From an uncultured virus (IMG/VR IMGVR_UViG_3300042881_004667) (taxonomy: Duplodnaviria > Heunggongvirae > Uroviricota > Caudoviricetes), in IMG/VR virus record IMGVR_UViG_3300042881_004667: a stretch of DNA of 64,000 nucleotides, one strand, 5' to 3'. Positions 26,832 through 35,528 of this stretch are shown piece by piece. Positions within the stretch are counted from its first letter, which is position 1, and every line of letters begins with the position of its first letter. The notes beneath the pieces were generated by a model. The model saw only the letters and a list, made by a program, of their open reading frames with translations, had not been told where the DNA came from and did not search any database. The translations under genes and the position numbers were made by a program.

Positions 26832-28547
26832 TCAGCTCTTAGAGCTTAGCTCATCATTGCGAGATTGCAAGGCCAGCTTGAATGCATTGGAGTACTTCTC
26901 CTTCTGGTCTTCGTCCAATCGCTGGTTACCAACGCCAGCAATCTGCTTGACATTCATGACACCCATAGATACATCCAGTTGTATGGTGAAGGTTGGCTTG
27001 CCATCAATCATGCAGAGCACAATGAAGTGCTTGCGTTTCTTGATGTCCTCTGCATACTGGGACGCAGAGCCAACACAGTTACGGACAGCTTGGCCCCATT
27101 GGGCTAGCTGATGGGTGTCAATAGGCTGAAGGAATGTCCAGTCACTATCACCCATGCTGACCTTGATAGGTGCAGGGAATAGATCCTGGTGTAGTGATTC
27201 CTTCTTGTTAGATATCTTCCATGCTTCTGCTTGCACATAGTCATGGAAGTCAGGCATGCGCCAACGCTTAGGTGCTTCGATAGTTTTGTCGTTCTCAAAG
27301 ATGCGCATCATCATTGAGAACGTATCATTCATTTCGTACCATGCATGAATAAAAAAGTCGTGATCAAATAGAGGATAGATCCGACGATTCTCTTCGTTTG
27401 ATTTCTCAACATACTTGCGCATCATGTTAAGGAATGATGTAACAGACATGTGCTCACGTAACCAATCAGTTAGTGCATCATTGATACGCAAGTGATTAAG
27501 GTTGACTGTACGCAGTTCTTCAAAGTATGTACGGTAGTGATCCAGTGGGCAATCAGGCCACACACGATTGATAAAGTAAATGGAGTTTGTGGTTTGCTCA
27601 AACTCTTTGTAACCATACTTGATTGCCTTACGTAGATAGTTGTCAGGATTATTGTATTCACTTACAGATTTGTCAAGCATAAGCTGGAGTTGCTTCTTGA
27701 TAGAAGGTGTAGTAATAATGTGTTCAATACTTCTGATGGTTATGTAGGTTGTGGCTGCGTAGTTATTCTTGGCTGTCCATGCATTAGCAAGATCAACAAT
27801 GCCATCAACCGTTAGTTTGAATGCGGAACGATCTTCGATACAGTTTGTTAATGCAGATGGAAAATCAAGTGCATCAAGAATGTTGTTACATTTGATGCGA
27901 TCAAACATAGAACGGCAATCGTCCCATGTTGGAATCGTTTCCATCAATGTTTTCTCAAAGGCATTGATTGCGTCATTCATATCACGTGACTTCTGGTAGT
28001 AACTAGCTACACCCATAGCACGCCAGTTGCGTGCATCATTACCAGCAATAACATCTTGCTTGGTTATAGTACGTGAGTAGGTAAAGATCTGTGACCCACG
28101 ACCAATGGTGTGTTCAGTACATTGATCTTTACTATTCCAGATATGACGAGGCAGCATCTTAGCTGCGGCTGCAGTATTCTTGAATGCATAGGCATAGCCA
28201 TAGAGATAGTCCTCCCCCTTGGCAGGTAGCCATGCTGCATACCAGCATTGCTCGAAGTGATAGAGGATAGCAGTGGTAATCGTACGTGCTGCTGGTGTAG
28301 CAATATCAACCACTCTGGTAAAGCGGTGATAACGCTCTGATACACCTGATGCATTGATGTGGTCAATCGCATCTTGTTGTAAGCCAGCACGTACCACATT
28401 CTCAGGGATGAGATGTGGGATATTACCCAGTGGATACTTAGCTTTCTTCGTAGGCTTCTTGGGTTCTTGCTCTTTGACCAAAGCCTTGAGCTTTGGATCG
28501 TAAGCCAGGAGTTCTTGTTGCAGGTTGGAGGGTAAAGCGAAATGCAT
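26832..28547 (-). CDS. PcfJ-like domain protein
   Basis: C-terminal FHD...LAQWGQAVRNCVGS..Y...TIQL......QIAG..N pattern. Confidence 0.7.
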   Translation of the reverse strand: MHFALPSNLQQELLAYDPKLKALVKEQEPKKPTKKAKYPLGNIPHLIPENVVRAGLQQDAIDHINASGVSERYHRFTRVVDIATPAARTITTAILYHFEQCWYAAWLPAKGEDYLYGYAYAFKNTAAAAKMLPRHIWNSKDQCTEHTIGRGSQIFTYSRTITKQDVIAGNDARNWRAMGVASYYQKSRDMNDAINAFEKTLMETIPTWDDCRSMFDRIKCNNILDALDFPSALTNCIEDRSAFKLTVDGIVDLANAWTAKNNYAATTYITIRSIEHIITTPSIKKQLQLMLDKSVSEYNNPDNYLRKAIKYGYKEFEQTTNSIYFINRVWPDCPLDHYRTYFEELRTVNLNHLRINDALTDWLREHMSVTSFLNMMRKYVEKSNEENRRIYPLFDHDFFIHAWYEMNDTFSMMMRIFENDKTIEAPKRWRMPDFHDYVQAEAWKISNKKESLHQDLFPAPIKVSMGDSDWTFLQPIDTHQLAQWGQAVRNCVGSASQYAEDIKKRKHFIVLCMIDGKPTFTIQLDVSMGVMNVKQIAGVGNQRLDEDQKEKYSNAFKLALQSRNDELSSKS

Positions 28548-28572
28548 GATGAGGTTGGAGTTGAGTTGAGTA

Positions 28573-28600
28573 TAGGCAGTTTAACGTCATGCCCAGGACG
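28573..28600 (-). promoter_or_regulatory. 28-nt leader pseudoknot, copy 5
   Basis: RNA CGUC C UGGGCA U GACG UUAAAC UGCCUA. Confidence 0.7.
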
Positions 28601-28624
28601 ATGTGTTAAAGAATTGGGATTCCT

Positions 28625-28837
28625 TTAACGTATGCTTCTTAACGTGTCAAGAAGTTCTTCATCGGTCTCATCACCAGGCCATGTGCCAATGCACTGGTCA
28701 AGTGTTGATGCTGGCATACGCCAACGACTTGGAACTGGTAAGTGTTTAGCAAAGCCAGTTACCAAGTACACTCGACCCTTGGGACCACGCAGTACAAAGT
28801 AAAACTTTTTAAACTCGATAGAAAATCCAATAATCAT
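28625..28837 (-). CDS. hypothetical protein
   Basis: coupled ORF ending GTWPGDETDEELL. Confidence 0.55.
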   Translation of the reverse strand: MIIGFSIEFKKFYFVLRGPKGRVYLVTGFAKHLPVPSRWRMPASTLDQCIGTWPGDETDEELLDTLRSIR

Positions 28838-29169
28838 TGTTCGTCGGGCAAAGATTCAATAACTTCTTTGATATCGTTATAAAGATCATCATCTATACAT
28901 GCATGACATTTCAGGAGTGAATCAAGTGCGCGCGCCTTCTTGCTCAGTGACTTGGGGCGGCGGGCGGTGCGGAGACTGTCGATAGTGTCACTGGGAGACC
29001 ATATGCGCTTCAAGTGCTCACAACACGCCTCCAGCTCCTGATCTGCGCCCCATCGGGCGGCACATCGGGCGATGTGATGGGTGTATGGAATGAGAGCGGC
29101 GTTATACGCAGTGCTCTCCCACTGCTGCACTAGCTCAGGCGGTGGAATAATCGGATGTTCTTGCGTCAT
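28834..29169 (-). CDS. hypothetical protein, MTQEHPITPPPELV paralogue 3
   Basis: shared motif AARWGADQELEACC. Confidence 0.7.
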   Translation of the reverse strand: MTQEHPIIPPPELVQQWESTAYNAALIPYTHHIARCAARWGADQELEACCEHLKRIWSPSDTIDSLRTARRPKSLSKKARALDSLLKCHACIDDDLYNDIKEVIESLPDEQ

Positions 29170-29198
29170 TGTTAAATAGATTGTTTGGATTGATAGGT

Positions 29199-29226
29199 TA
29201 AGCAGTTTAATGTCATGCTCAGGACA
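29199..29226 (-). promoter_or_regulatory. 28-nt leader pseudoknot, copy 6
   Basis: RNA UGUC C UGAGCA U GACA UUAAAC UGCUUA. Confidence 0.7.
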
Positions 29227-29231
29227 TGTGA

Positions 29232-29297
29232 CTTAGTTAGTCACAATTGACGAGTTGTCAAAGACGTATACCTTAGTTAGTCACAATCGACGAGTTG
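29232..29297. repeat. 26-bp direct repeat (1 mismatch)
   Basis: CTTAGTTAGTCACAATyGACGAGTTG at 29232-29257 and 29272-29297. Confidence 0.85.
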
Positions 29298-29519
29298 CCA
29301 CTGAGGATCGAGTTGATCAAGATAACTGCAGAAGCCATCTTCGTCAAAAGGAATCGGTTCCCCTGGATCCAACTCAATAGTTGTTGTGCACAGTGCAGGA
29401 GCCCACTCTTCAGGGTCGAAGCGAGTCGCCCGATAGAGCAGGCGCATGTCGTCAACAACTGCTGTAACTGTGACATGAGTCTGTGTGAAATAAGTATCTT
29501 CGATTGCAAGGACTGTCAT
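29277..29519 (-). CDS. hypothetical protein
   Basis: 80-aa coupled ORF. Confidence 0.6.
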   Translation of the reverse strand: MTVLAIEDTYFTQTHVTVTAVVDDMRLLYRATRFDPEEWAPALCTTTIELDPGEPIPFDEDGFCSYLDQLDPQWQLVDCD

Positions 29520-29704
29520 CAGTCAGGCTCCACGAATGAGACGGTGGTTGAGATGTAACACTTGTAACGAGTCCACATCTTTGCTGTTGTGTACTCGTCA
29601 ACAAAACGATCGCGATCAAAATTATGATTGTGAGCACGCTCCATTGCGCAGCGTGCAACGTTGATGCGATCAAACAAGCTGAGGTTTGAGTCTGTGGTAC
29701 GCAT
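29519..29704 (-). CDS. hypothetical protein
   Basis: ORF with CAACU-rich leader and upstream structured element. Confidence 0.6.
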   Translation of the reverse strand: MRTTDSNLSLFDRINVARCAMERAHNHNFDRDRFVDEYTTAKMWTRYKCYISTTVSFVEPD

Positions 29705-29805
29705 GATTGAATTGAGTTGAGCAGATGGACTGAAGCTGGGACTTACACTGCCTCCTTCTGTGCTATTTGCACAACGAGTACAGATGCCCAGATTGTTAGA
29801 TTAAC

Positions 29806-30123
29806 TTATGGGAAACCAGGGGTATCAATACGTTGCTTACGCCACTCAGCACGCTTTGCTTTGGTGTAGTACAAAGGTGCTACTTGTTCTTGTACTGATT
29901 CCAGTATAGATACAATGTCTTCCATGAATTCAGTGTATTGATCAATTTGTTTCTCAAGACCATCATCATTTAATCTGATGAGATCAAACCGCAACTTCTT
30001 GTAGAAATCAGTGCGTGCTCTGAGCATGTTAATCAGTGCCCACCATTGATCTTCATTCAGATCAAGAGTAATAGTCCTAGAACCAGTGGGGAAGTGAGGA
30101 TTGAGGGCTTGTTTCTTAGGCAT
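29806..30123 (-). CDS. hypothetical protein
   Basis: 105-aa ORF. Confidence 0.65.
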   Translation of the reverse strand: MPKKQALNPHFPTGSRTITLDLNEDQWWALINMLRARTDFYKKLRFDLIRLNDDGLEKQIDQYTEFMEDIVSILESVQEQVAPLYYTKAKRAEWRKQRIDTPGFP

Positions 30124-30182
30124 GGTGTTGTGTTGAGATGGCAGTTGGATACGGGACTTACACCTAAAGGATGCCCAGTTCT

Positions 30183-30380
30183 TTAGATTAACTTAATGTT
30201 TGGAATGCTTAAACCTGTGCCAGGGATACTGACTGATCCTTTGATGCCATTGGGATTTGCATTGACAGTCAGTTGGAATGGCCCAAGCTTGATCTGTTTA
30301 CTCACTGACTTGATACCATGTTCAGTGATGTTCACACCATGAATGGTGCGATCAAAACTAATGGGAGATTTCTTAGTCAT
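30183..30380 (-). CDS. hypothetical protein (DUF4236-like beta-rich)
   Basis: IKLGPFQLTVN...SVSIPGTGLS. Confidence 0.55.
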   Translation of the reverse strand: MTKKSPISFDRTIHGVNITEHGIKSVSKQIKLGPFQLTVNANPNGIKGSVSIPGTGLSIPNIKLI

Positions 30381-30468
30381 TTAAATAACTTGTGAATAAT
30401 TTCATTGAGAGTAATTGTGAAGCACAAGATACTAACAATGAGAACGATTTTAACTAATAGACAAGTAA

Positions 30469-30678
30469 TCACTTGAGATCCTCCGGCATAAGTGCCATGG
30501 CATCATCGTCGTCCATGTTTGTCATAACAAACTTCTCTCCATTGGGTGCAATGAAGCCCCCAATAAATCCGATGCCATGCTTTTCTGCCGACTCTTTCAT
30601 CTTGGCTACAAGTTGCATGGCTTCCAAACGCTGGATGTCAATGGCGTCGGGGATGCGAGGAGTGTTGGGGTTGGTCAT
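30469..30678 (-). CDS. hypothetical protein
   Basis: 69-aa ORF. Confidence 0.6.
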   Translation of the reverse strand: MTNPNTPRIPDAIDIQRLEAMQLVAKMKESAEKHGIGFIGGFIAPNGEKFVMTNMDDDDAMALMPEDLK

Positions 30679-30781
30679 TGGTGTTGAGTTGATTAATTAG
30701 GTCAGTCTACCAGAGTCGTCAAGGTAAAGGCCATGCATCAGGGATGCTGATACACGGCCAGTACTTATGTACTACCTGATG

Positions 30782-31069
30782 TTATGAGTGCATGGCAAGG
30801 TGTTCTTTCCATGCAGCAGTGTGCATCTCATCTGCTGTGATCGGAGGCTCACCAGGTTCGTTAGGTGTTGGATCGTAGTCGATCTCGTCTTCCAACATCC
30901 CGATCACCTCATCGATGATGTTACGCATGTGTGGATCGAGATGCTCGTCCATCTGATGACGCTTATCTTCGCGAGCACAGATGGCCTTGAGTGCATCAAC
31001 TACTAGCTGCAATTGATGATACTCATTCTTTGTCCAGGAATACTCTGGATACTTCTTAGCTTGTTCCAT
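30782..31069 (-). CDS. hypothetical protein
   Basis: 95-aa ORF. Confidence 0.6.
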   Translation of the reverse strand: MEQAKKYPEYSWTKNEYHQLQLVVDALKAICAREDKRHQMDEHLDPHMRNIIDEVIGMLEDEIDYDPTPNEPGEPPITADEMHTAAWKEHLAMHS

Positions 31070-31155
31070 GGTTGAGGTGATGTTGATGTTGATGTAAAGC
31101 CTGGGACTTACACCACACTAAATGTGTGGATGCCCAGGGGAGTGATGGGTAAAAG

Positions 31156-31500
31156 GATGAATACCGTGTTATAGAAGGGTGAATACCGTCTTATTATCTT
31201 AGATATAGGGTTTCATACGTTGTTAAAAAAGTGTATTAAACCTGGTACCTAAGGGATGAATACCAGCTTATCCATACAACTTTCTAGAAGAGTATGAAAC
31301 CCTATAGAGGGTTAGATAAGACTGTATTCACTGTTGAATAAGACGGTATTGACGGTTTCCCCCGTCTTCCCCATGTACATGTGTACTATTCCCTGGTACA
31401 AGAGGAGATATCTTTGGTACGTGTGTACTAGATATAGATATGAATGAAGGATATCCCTGGTACATACCTACTAGTCAGAGGTACATACCAGGGATGGGTA
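31156..31500. repeat. non-coding region with nested direct and inverted repeats (candidate origin or control region)
   Basis: TGAATACC x3; inverted arms 31180-31218 / 31292-31330; CCTGGTAC repeats; GTAC-N4-GTAC palindromes. Confidence 0.6.
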
Positions 31501-31554
31501 GGTATTAATACTTAATATTGTCTGGTAACAAAGAATTGCCAATACATGCCAATA

Positions 31555-31920
31555 CTATAAACTAGACGGATAACCAGGGAGCATTTGATTAAGACTTGGT
31601 GCATATGTTTTGAAATAATATCTTTCTGCTTCTGCAAGGATTGAAGAAGCTACTCCTATATCAAACGTTTCTAAAACTTCATACTCAAATAAAAACATAG
31701 TCATTTGAAATACTTCTTTCAAAGAAAAGGTTTGGTTTAGGATGTTTTGCTTGCAAAGTGATAGTCTCCATTGCGGTGAATTACAAAAGCGATGATAATA
31801 AGTAAATCGTAAGCGTAGATTAGAAGTAGCTCCAATGTATTCTTCCTCGTCTTTATAAATGATTTTATAAATACCAGGAAGTTTAGGCGCTGTTTTAAAT
31901 GACAAAGCTGTGTAGTACAT
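31555..31920 (-). CDS. GIY-YIG endonuclease
   Basis: PGIYKI...YIGATSNLRLR...E.....P.LN. Confidence 0.8.
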   Translation of the reverse strand: MYYTALSFKTAPKLPGIYKIIYKDEEEYIGATSNLRLRFTYYHRFCNSPQWRLSLCKQNILNQTFSLKEVFQMTMFLFEYEVLETFDIGVASSILAEAERYYFKTYAPSLNQMLPGYPSSL

Positions 31921-31923
31921 AGC

Positions 31924-32166
31924 CTATTGTTCTTTGGGTGGAAGCATGATCCATGCTGTGTAGTTAGCACTGCTTCTGTCTACACGTATCAATCCGTACT
32001 CTTCCAGTCGCACCAAGGCCTGGAGATATTGCTCAAGCCTTGAGCTTTGCGCTGGAAGTTTAGGTACGAAGCATGGTGTGTCCCCATACTTCTTCTTGTG
32101 GTTCAAGTAATACGCATAGAGATTGCGTTGGTTGATACTGAGTGCAGGTGTTGCAGTTGCTTGCAT
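31924..32166 (-). CDS. hypothetical protein (possible winged helix)
   Basis: ALVRLEEYGLIRV. Confidence 0.55.
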   Translation of the reverse strand: MQATATPALSINQRNLYAYYLNHKKKYGDTPCFVPKLPAQSSRLEQYLQALVRLEEYGLIRVDRSSANYTAWIMLPPKEQ

Positions 32167-32169
32167 TGA

Positions 32170-32538
32170 TCAGCAGTAGTACGGACGAGACTCAGGGTAA
32201 GCCTTAGCTAGTTCGTTGGAGAAACTGATGTCGATGTTGGATCGAGTTGTCGTATCTCCAAGAGACGGCTGGCCTTCGATCTCGTACTCTTCGAAGTACT
32301 TGACGTAGACCTGGATCGCTTGCCTTTTGGAGAAGATGCAGTGGCTGACAAGAGGTTCTCCTTGGGTGTAGTACCAACCTCCTTCTTCGGGTCCGCCGTA
32401 CCTGAGATAGGTTTCGTGGACCGTGACGACCGTTGGGTCTTTGTGCTCGAAGTACTTGTGCACTTTGTAGGCATTGATTGCGAAGCGTGCTTTGTAGGAC
32501 TTGGGGTAGAACTTCTTGAGTTCTGAGATGTAAGACAT
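32170..32538 (-). CDS. hypothetical protein
   Basis: YGGPEEGGWYY...RPYYC, a small-phage-protein motif. Confidence 0.7.
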   Translation of the reverse strand: MSYISELKKFYPKSYKARFAINAYKVHKYFEHKDPTVVTVHETYLRYGGPEEGGWYYTQGEPLVSHCIFSKRQAIQVYVKYFEEYEIEGQPSLGDTTTRSNIDISFSNELAKAYPESRPYYC

Positions 32539-32845
32539 GATGCAAACTCCGTGATGATGATTGAAATGATTGCGATCAGGATGACAATGATGTCACCGTC
32601 ATCCCATGCTTGACGCAGTGTGTACTTAGGCTTGGTCATCGTAGGTCTCCAGTTCAGGTGGGTTGAGTTCGTATTCTTCACGCATGGCTTGCTCTTGTTC
32701 GTACGCCATGTCAGCCATGGCATCAAGCAAGTCAGCGTTGCGTTGCTCGTCAATGAAGTTAGGGTCTCTCATGGTTTGAGTTGAAGTAGATGGATAGTAA
32801 ACCCTGGGACTTACACACCGTACTTACGTCGGTGCTGCCCAGGGA

Positions 32846-33070
32846 TCAGAAGGTATTAGCCACCTTTGTTGCTAAGGAATCAACAAAGGTTGGACCATCT
32901 TCTTGGAATGCGAGCATGTATTGTTCACGCTCATCCTCATCCATCAATGCACCTTGGGTGTGATGTGCATGATAGAAGGCTAGTGCGTTGACGATTGCAT
33001 ACTTCTCATCAACGTTGATGATAAGGTGGTACCGCTTGTTGTCTTCAGTCTGATCCATGAGTGCGCCCAT
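32846..33070 (-). CDS. hypothetical protein
   Basis: 74-aa ORF with structured leader. Confidence 0.55.
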   Translation of the reverse strand: MGALMDQTEDNKRYHLIINVDEKYAIVNALAFYHAHHTQGALMDEDEREQYMLAFQEDGPTFVDSLATKVANTF

Positions 33071-33155
33071 GTTGAATTGAGGTAGGTAGACAGTTGGACA
33101 TGGGACTTACACCACTCTTGCGAATGATTCTCAATAGTGGATGCCCATGTGTTGG

Positions 33156-33512
33156 TCACTTCATATATAAATATGTTCCCGCCCAATCAGCATCCTGGAT
33201 GCAGGTGGCAAACGATACATCGTCCATGAGGTTGTAACGTACGTGCTTAGCTGGTGACGCCCAGCTTGCTGGTTTGTAAACAGAACCAGATTGACGGGCA
33301 ATAAATGCATGGACTGATGCACCAGTTTTGCCGTCAATGGTTGAACGCTTGACGTCACGTTGAATAAGTTTGTAGTACTTGGTACCTTTAACAATGTCAA
33401 AGGTAATGCCGCCATCTCCATAGTGCTTAGCGTAACTAGCAAGGAGCTTGTCGATGAGGCAATTGATGCGAGCCTCAAGTACTTGGATGTGCTCGGCTAG
33501 TTGTGTTGTCAT
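33156..33512 (-). CDS. conserved phage early protein
   Basis: KYYKL...SVHAFI...GSVYKPASW..PAKHVRYNL...DWAG.YLY. Confidence 0.7.
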   Translation of the reverse strand: MTTQLAEHIQVLEARINCLIDKLLASYAKHYGDGGITFDIVKGTKYYKLIQRDVKRSTIDGKTGASVHAFIARQSGSVYKPASWASPAKHVRYNLMDDVSFATCIQDADWAGTYLYMK

Positions 33513-33583
33513 GGTTTGAGTTGAGTTGAGTAAGGTTTGTACTAGGACTTACACCACACATTGTGTGTGGATGCCTAGTGTTA

Positions 33584-33958
33584 TTAACGAGTGAGCCTAT
33601 TGGTAAACGTGTATTGATAACCACTGTCGTTGGAAGGTTCCTTATAACTTACACCTCTGACAATATTACCAATCGCTGATTCACTAATGGCATAGTCTTT
33701 GGCAATGGATCGTAGTACTTCACCATTGCTCCTACGCATACGAATGTCATCCAGTTGGTTATCGCTGAGGAAATTGTTGCGACGTCCTCGTTTGATTGGA
33801 TCTTTCTCGATCGGAGGACGACGTCTCACTCGGCGTAATACAATTGTCATGTACTTAGGATTACAGTTGACAATGCTACCGATTGAATCGTAGTCGTACC
33901 CCTGGCACCTGAGTTGCCAGATCCGATCTTCCTTGACGATGGATACTCGATTGCGCAT
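33584..33958 (-). CDS. double HTH DNA-binding protein
   Basis: two HTH-like segments (YDSIGSIVNC; LRSIAKDYAISESAIGNIVRG). Confidence 0.65.
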   Translation of the reverse strand: MRNRVSIVKEDRIWQLRCQGYDYDSIGSIVNCNPKYMTIVLRRVRRRPPIEKDPIKRGRRNNFLSDNQLDDIRMRRSNGEVLRSIAKDYAISESAIGNIVRGVSYKEPSNDSGYQYTFTNRLTR

Positions 33959-34027
33959 GGGGATTAATGAGTTGGTTGGGTGACTGGGACTTATATCCTC
34001 ATGGAGGAAAGCCCAGGGTATGGCTAG

Positions 34028-34300
34028 CTAGTAGCCCATGACGTACGGCTTGTCAGCCTTGATGAGCTGTGGTCCAAGCGTCGTGTACTTACTGGCTAGT
34101 GCTGCGATGGTGCTAATACTAGCCGCAAGTATGAGTGCAGCCACCACAGCTTTCAATAGATGGTTGGACTTACGAGTCTCACCATAAGAATCGAGGTGGA
34201 TGAAACCGTTATGCATGCGATAGATCGTCTTCATGTCAAACGGTCTCCAGGATATAGCGACAGCAAATGTAGTCTTCATCTGGTAAACAGACATCGACAC
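34028..34300 (-). CDS. membrane protein (start probably near MKTIYR)
   Basis: TM segment KAVVAALILAASISTIAALA. Confidence 0.5.
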   Translation of the reverse strand: MSMSVYQMKTTFAVAISWRPFDMKTIYRMHNGFIHLDSYGETRKSNHLLKAVVAALILAASISTIAALASKYTTLGPQLIKADKPYVMGY

Positions 34301-34511
34301 CTCGTTCGTGCGAACCGTAAGTATCTACCCATCGCTCGTCAATTAGTACATCGAGACACTCAAGGAATGCATCAATGTACTCACGTGCTTGGGGTGTTGT
34401 TGCTACCCACTGGATATAGACGGTGTTACCATCAAACTCCAGGTGGTAATGCTCTATCTTGAACACTGCAAGTGCAGAGTCAAGCTCTTCTTTGCCAACT
34501 GTTAGTGACAT
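34236..34511 (-). CDS. hypothetical protein
   Basis: 91-aa ORF. Confidence 0.55.
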   Translation of the reverse strand: MSLTVGKEELDSALAVFKIEHYHLEFDGNTVYIQWVATTPQAREYIDAFLECLDVLIDERWVDTYGSHERGVDVCLPDEDYICCRYILETV

Positions 34512-34583
34512 GTTAAATGCAATGGAATGGAATCCAGGATGTTGAGTCCTGGTGGGAAGGGCCGAAGCCCCTCCAATCAGGAG

Positions 34584-34823
34584 TCAGTCCTCATGCCTGC
34601 GTTCCCAACGAAGCAGATCCCTGTTGAGATCTACCTTGTGTTGGAGTATCACGCAGAATGGGACTAGGTCTTGGAACTGGGCTAACCCATCTTGCCATTG
34701 GAAGAAGAGTTGTAGTGCAGCTTGACGCTGTTCTTCAATCTCTTGGTCAATGGCAGGGGAGTCTCTGCGAGCCAATAGACGTGCGTCTTGGGTCAGCAGT
34801 TGTTCAACAGCTTGGTAGTTCAT
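34584..34823 (-). CDS. hypothetical protein
   Basis: 79-aa ORF. Confidence 0.6.
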   Translation of the reverse strand: MNYQAVEQLLTQDARLLARRDSPAIDQEIEEQRQAALQLFFQWQDGLAQFQDLVPFCVILQHKVDLNRDLLRWERRHED

Positions 34824-34917
34824 AGAACTAGCTTGGTGTCGTGTGGTGTAGTGCAGGTGTGACCTGCAGAAAACTCACCGGAAATACATGTGTACTACCG
34901 GGAGAGTTATGTGCAGA

Positions 34918-35115
34918 TTACATGTACTTACTGTTGATGCAGTAGTATGTGTCGCCTAAAAATCCTCGTGTGTATATGAGGTTGTGTTGTGGTCTTGCGT
35001 TGCAAGTATTCTTGTAGTGTTGGTTGAGAACCTTCTGGCTTCCAATAGATAAGAGGAAGCCCACACCAGTCCCAAGAATAAGAGCAACACAGTAGTCGAC
35101 AGTTGAGTTGGACAT
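34918..35115 (-). CDS. small membrane protein
   Basis: N-terminal TM segment. Confidence 0.55.
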   Translation of the reverse strand: MSNSTVDYCVALILGTGVGFLLSIGSQKVLNQHYKNTCNARPQHNLIYTRGFLGDTYYCINSKYM

Positions 35116-35144
35116 TGAATGATTAGGAATAGTTATGTGTTGAG

Positions 35145-35528
35145 TCAGAAGTCTAGGTAGTCTTCTTCCTCAGGTTGAGCAGCAATATCAATAGCCTTAG
35201 GCTTTGGTGCTGCACCGATAGTGGCACGTACACCTGTGAGTTTGATCTCAGGGTACTTGAGTGCCACGAGTTGATCATCCTTCTGGTAGTGCGTCTTAAT
35301 GGAATTGATTCGCACATTCCACTGCGTAAGAATGAGTTGATGCCCTGGGACCAAGGTGCCCTTGTTGTATGCAGATAACAGACCATTGCTGTTCGTAAAC
35401 CGCAAGCGGCACGAACCACCGAATGGATCGTTAACTGCAATACTTACTGCCAGGAAAAGGCTGTTATCTTCCCTGGACTTAAGCACCTTTAGATCAGTGA
35501 CATAACCAATGATGGTTGAACTGAACAT
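35145..35528 (-). CDS. hypothetical protein, possibly OB-fold/SSB-like
   Basis: TIIGYV...SIAVND start and acidic tail EEEDYLDF. Confidence 0.55.
   Translation of the reverse strand: MFSSTIIGYVTDLKVLKSREDNSLFLAVSIAVNDPFGGSCRLRFTNSNGLLSAYNKGTLVPGHQLILTQWNVRINSIKTHYQKDDQLVALKYPEIKLTGVRATIGAAPKPKAIDIAAQPEEEDYLDF

Larger units (their letters stand above)
29736..34016 (-). repeat. dispersed CAU/UGUAAGU structured leader elements (7 copies in this span)
   Basis: plus-strand GGACTTAyA...GCC copies at 29736-29791, 30152-30178, 31100-31138, 32802-32844, 33099-33149, 33541-33579, 33984-34016. Confidence 0.8.

Noticed and set aside
13737..29226. Hammerhead ribozyme reading of the CUGAG-containing repeat
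   Set aside because: It lacks the CUGANGA/GAAA core and three stems; CUGA is not conserved (CUGG, CUAA variants) while the pseudoknot pairing is.
32204..32753. Overlapping ORFs 32204-32545 and 32208-32753
   Set aside because: Low-complexity alternative frames of the better-supported 32170-32538 gene; only a short 5' membrane peptide may be real.
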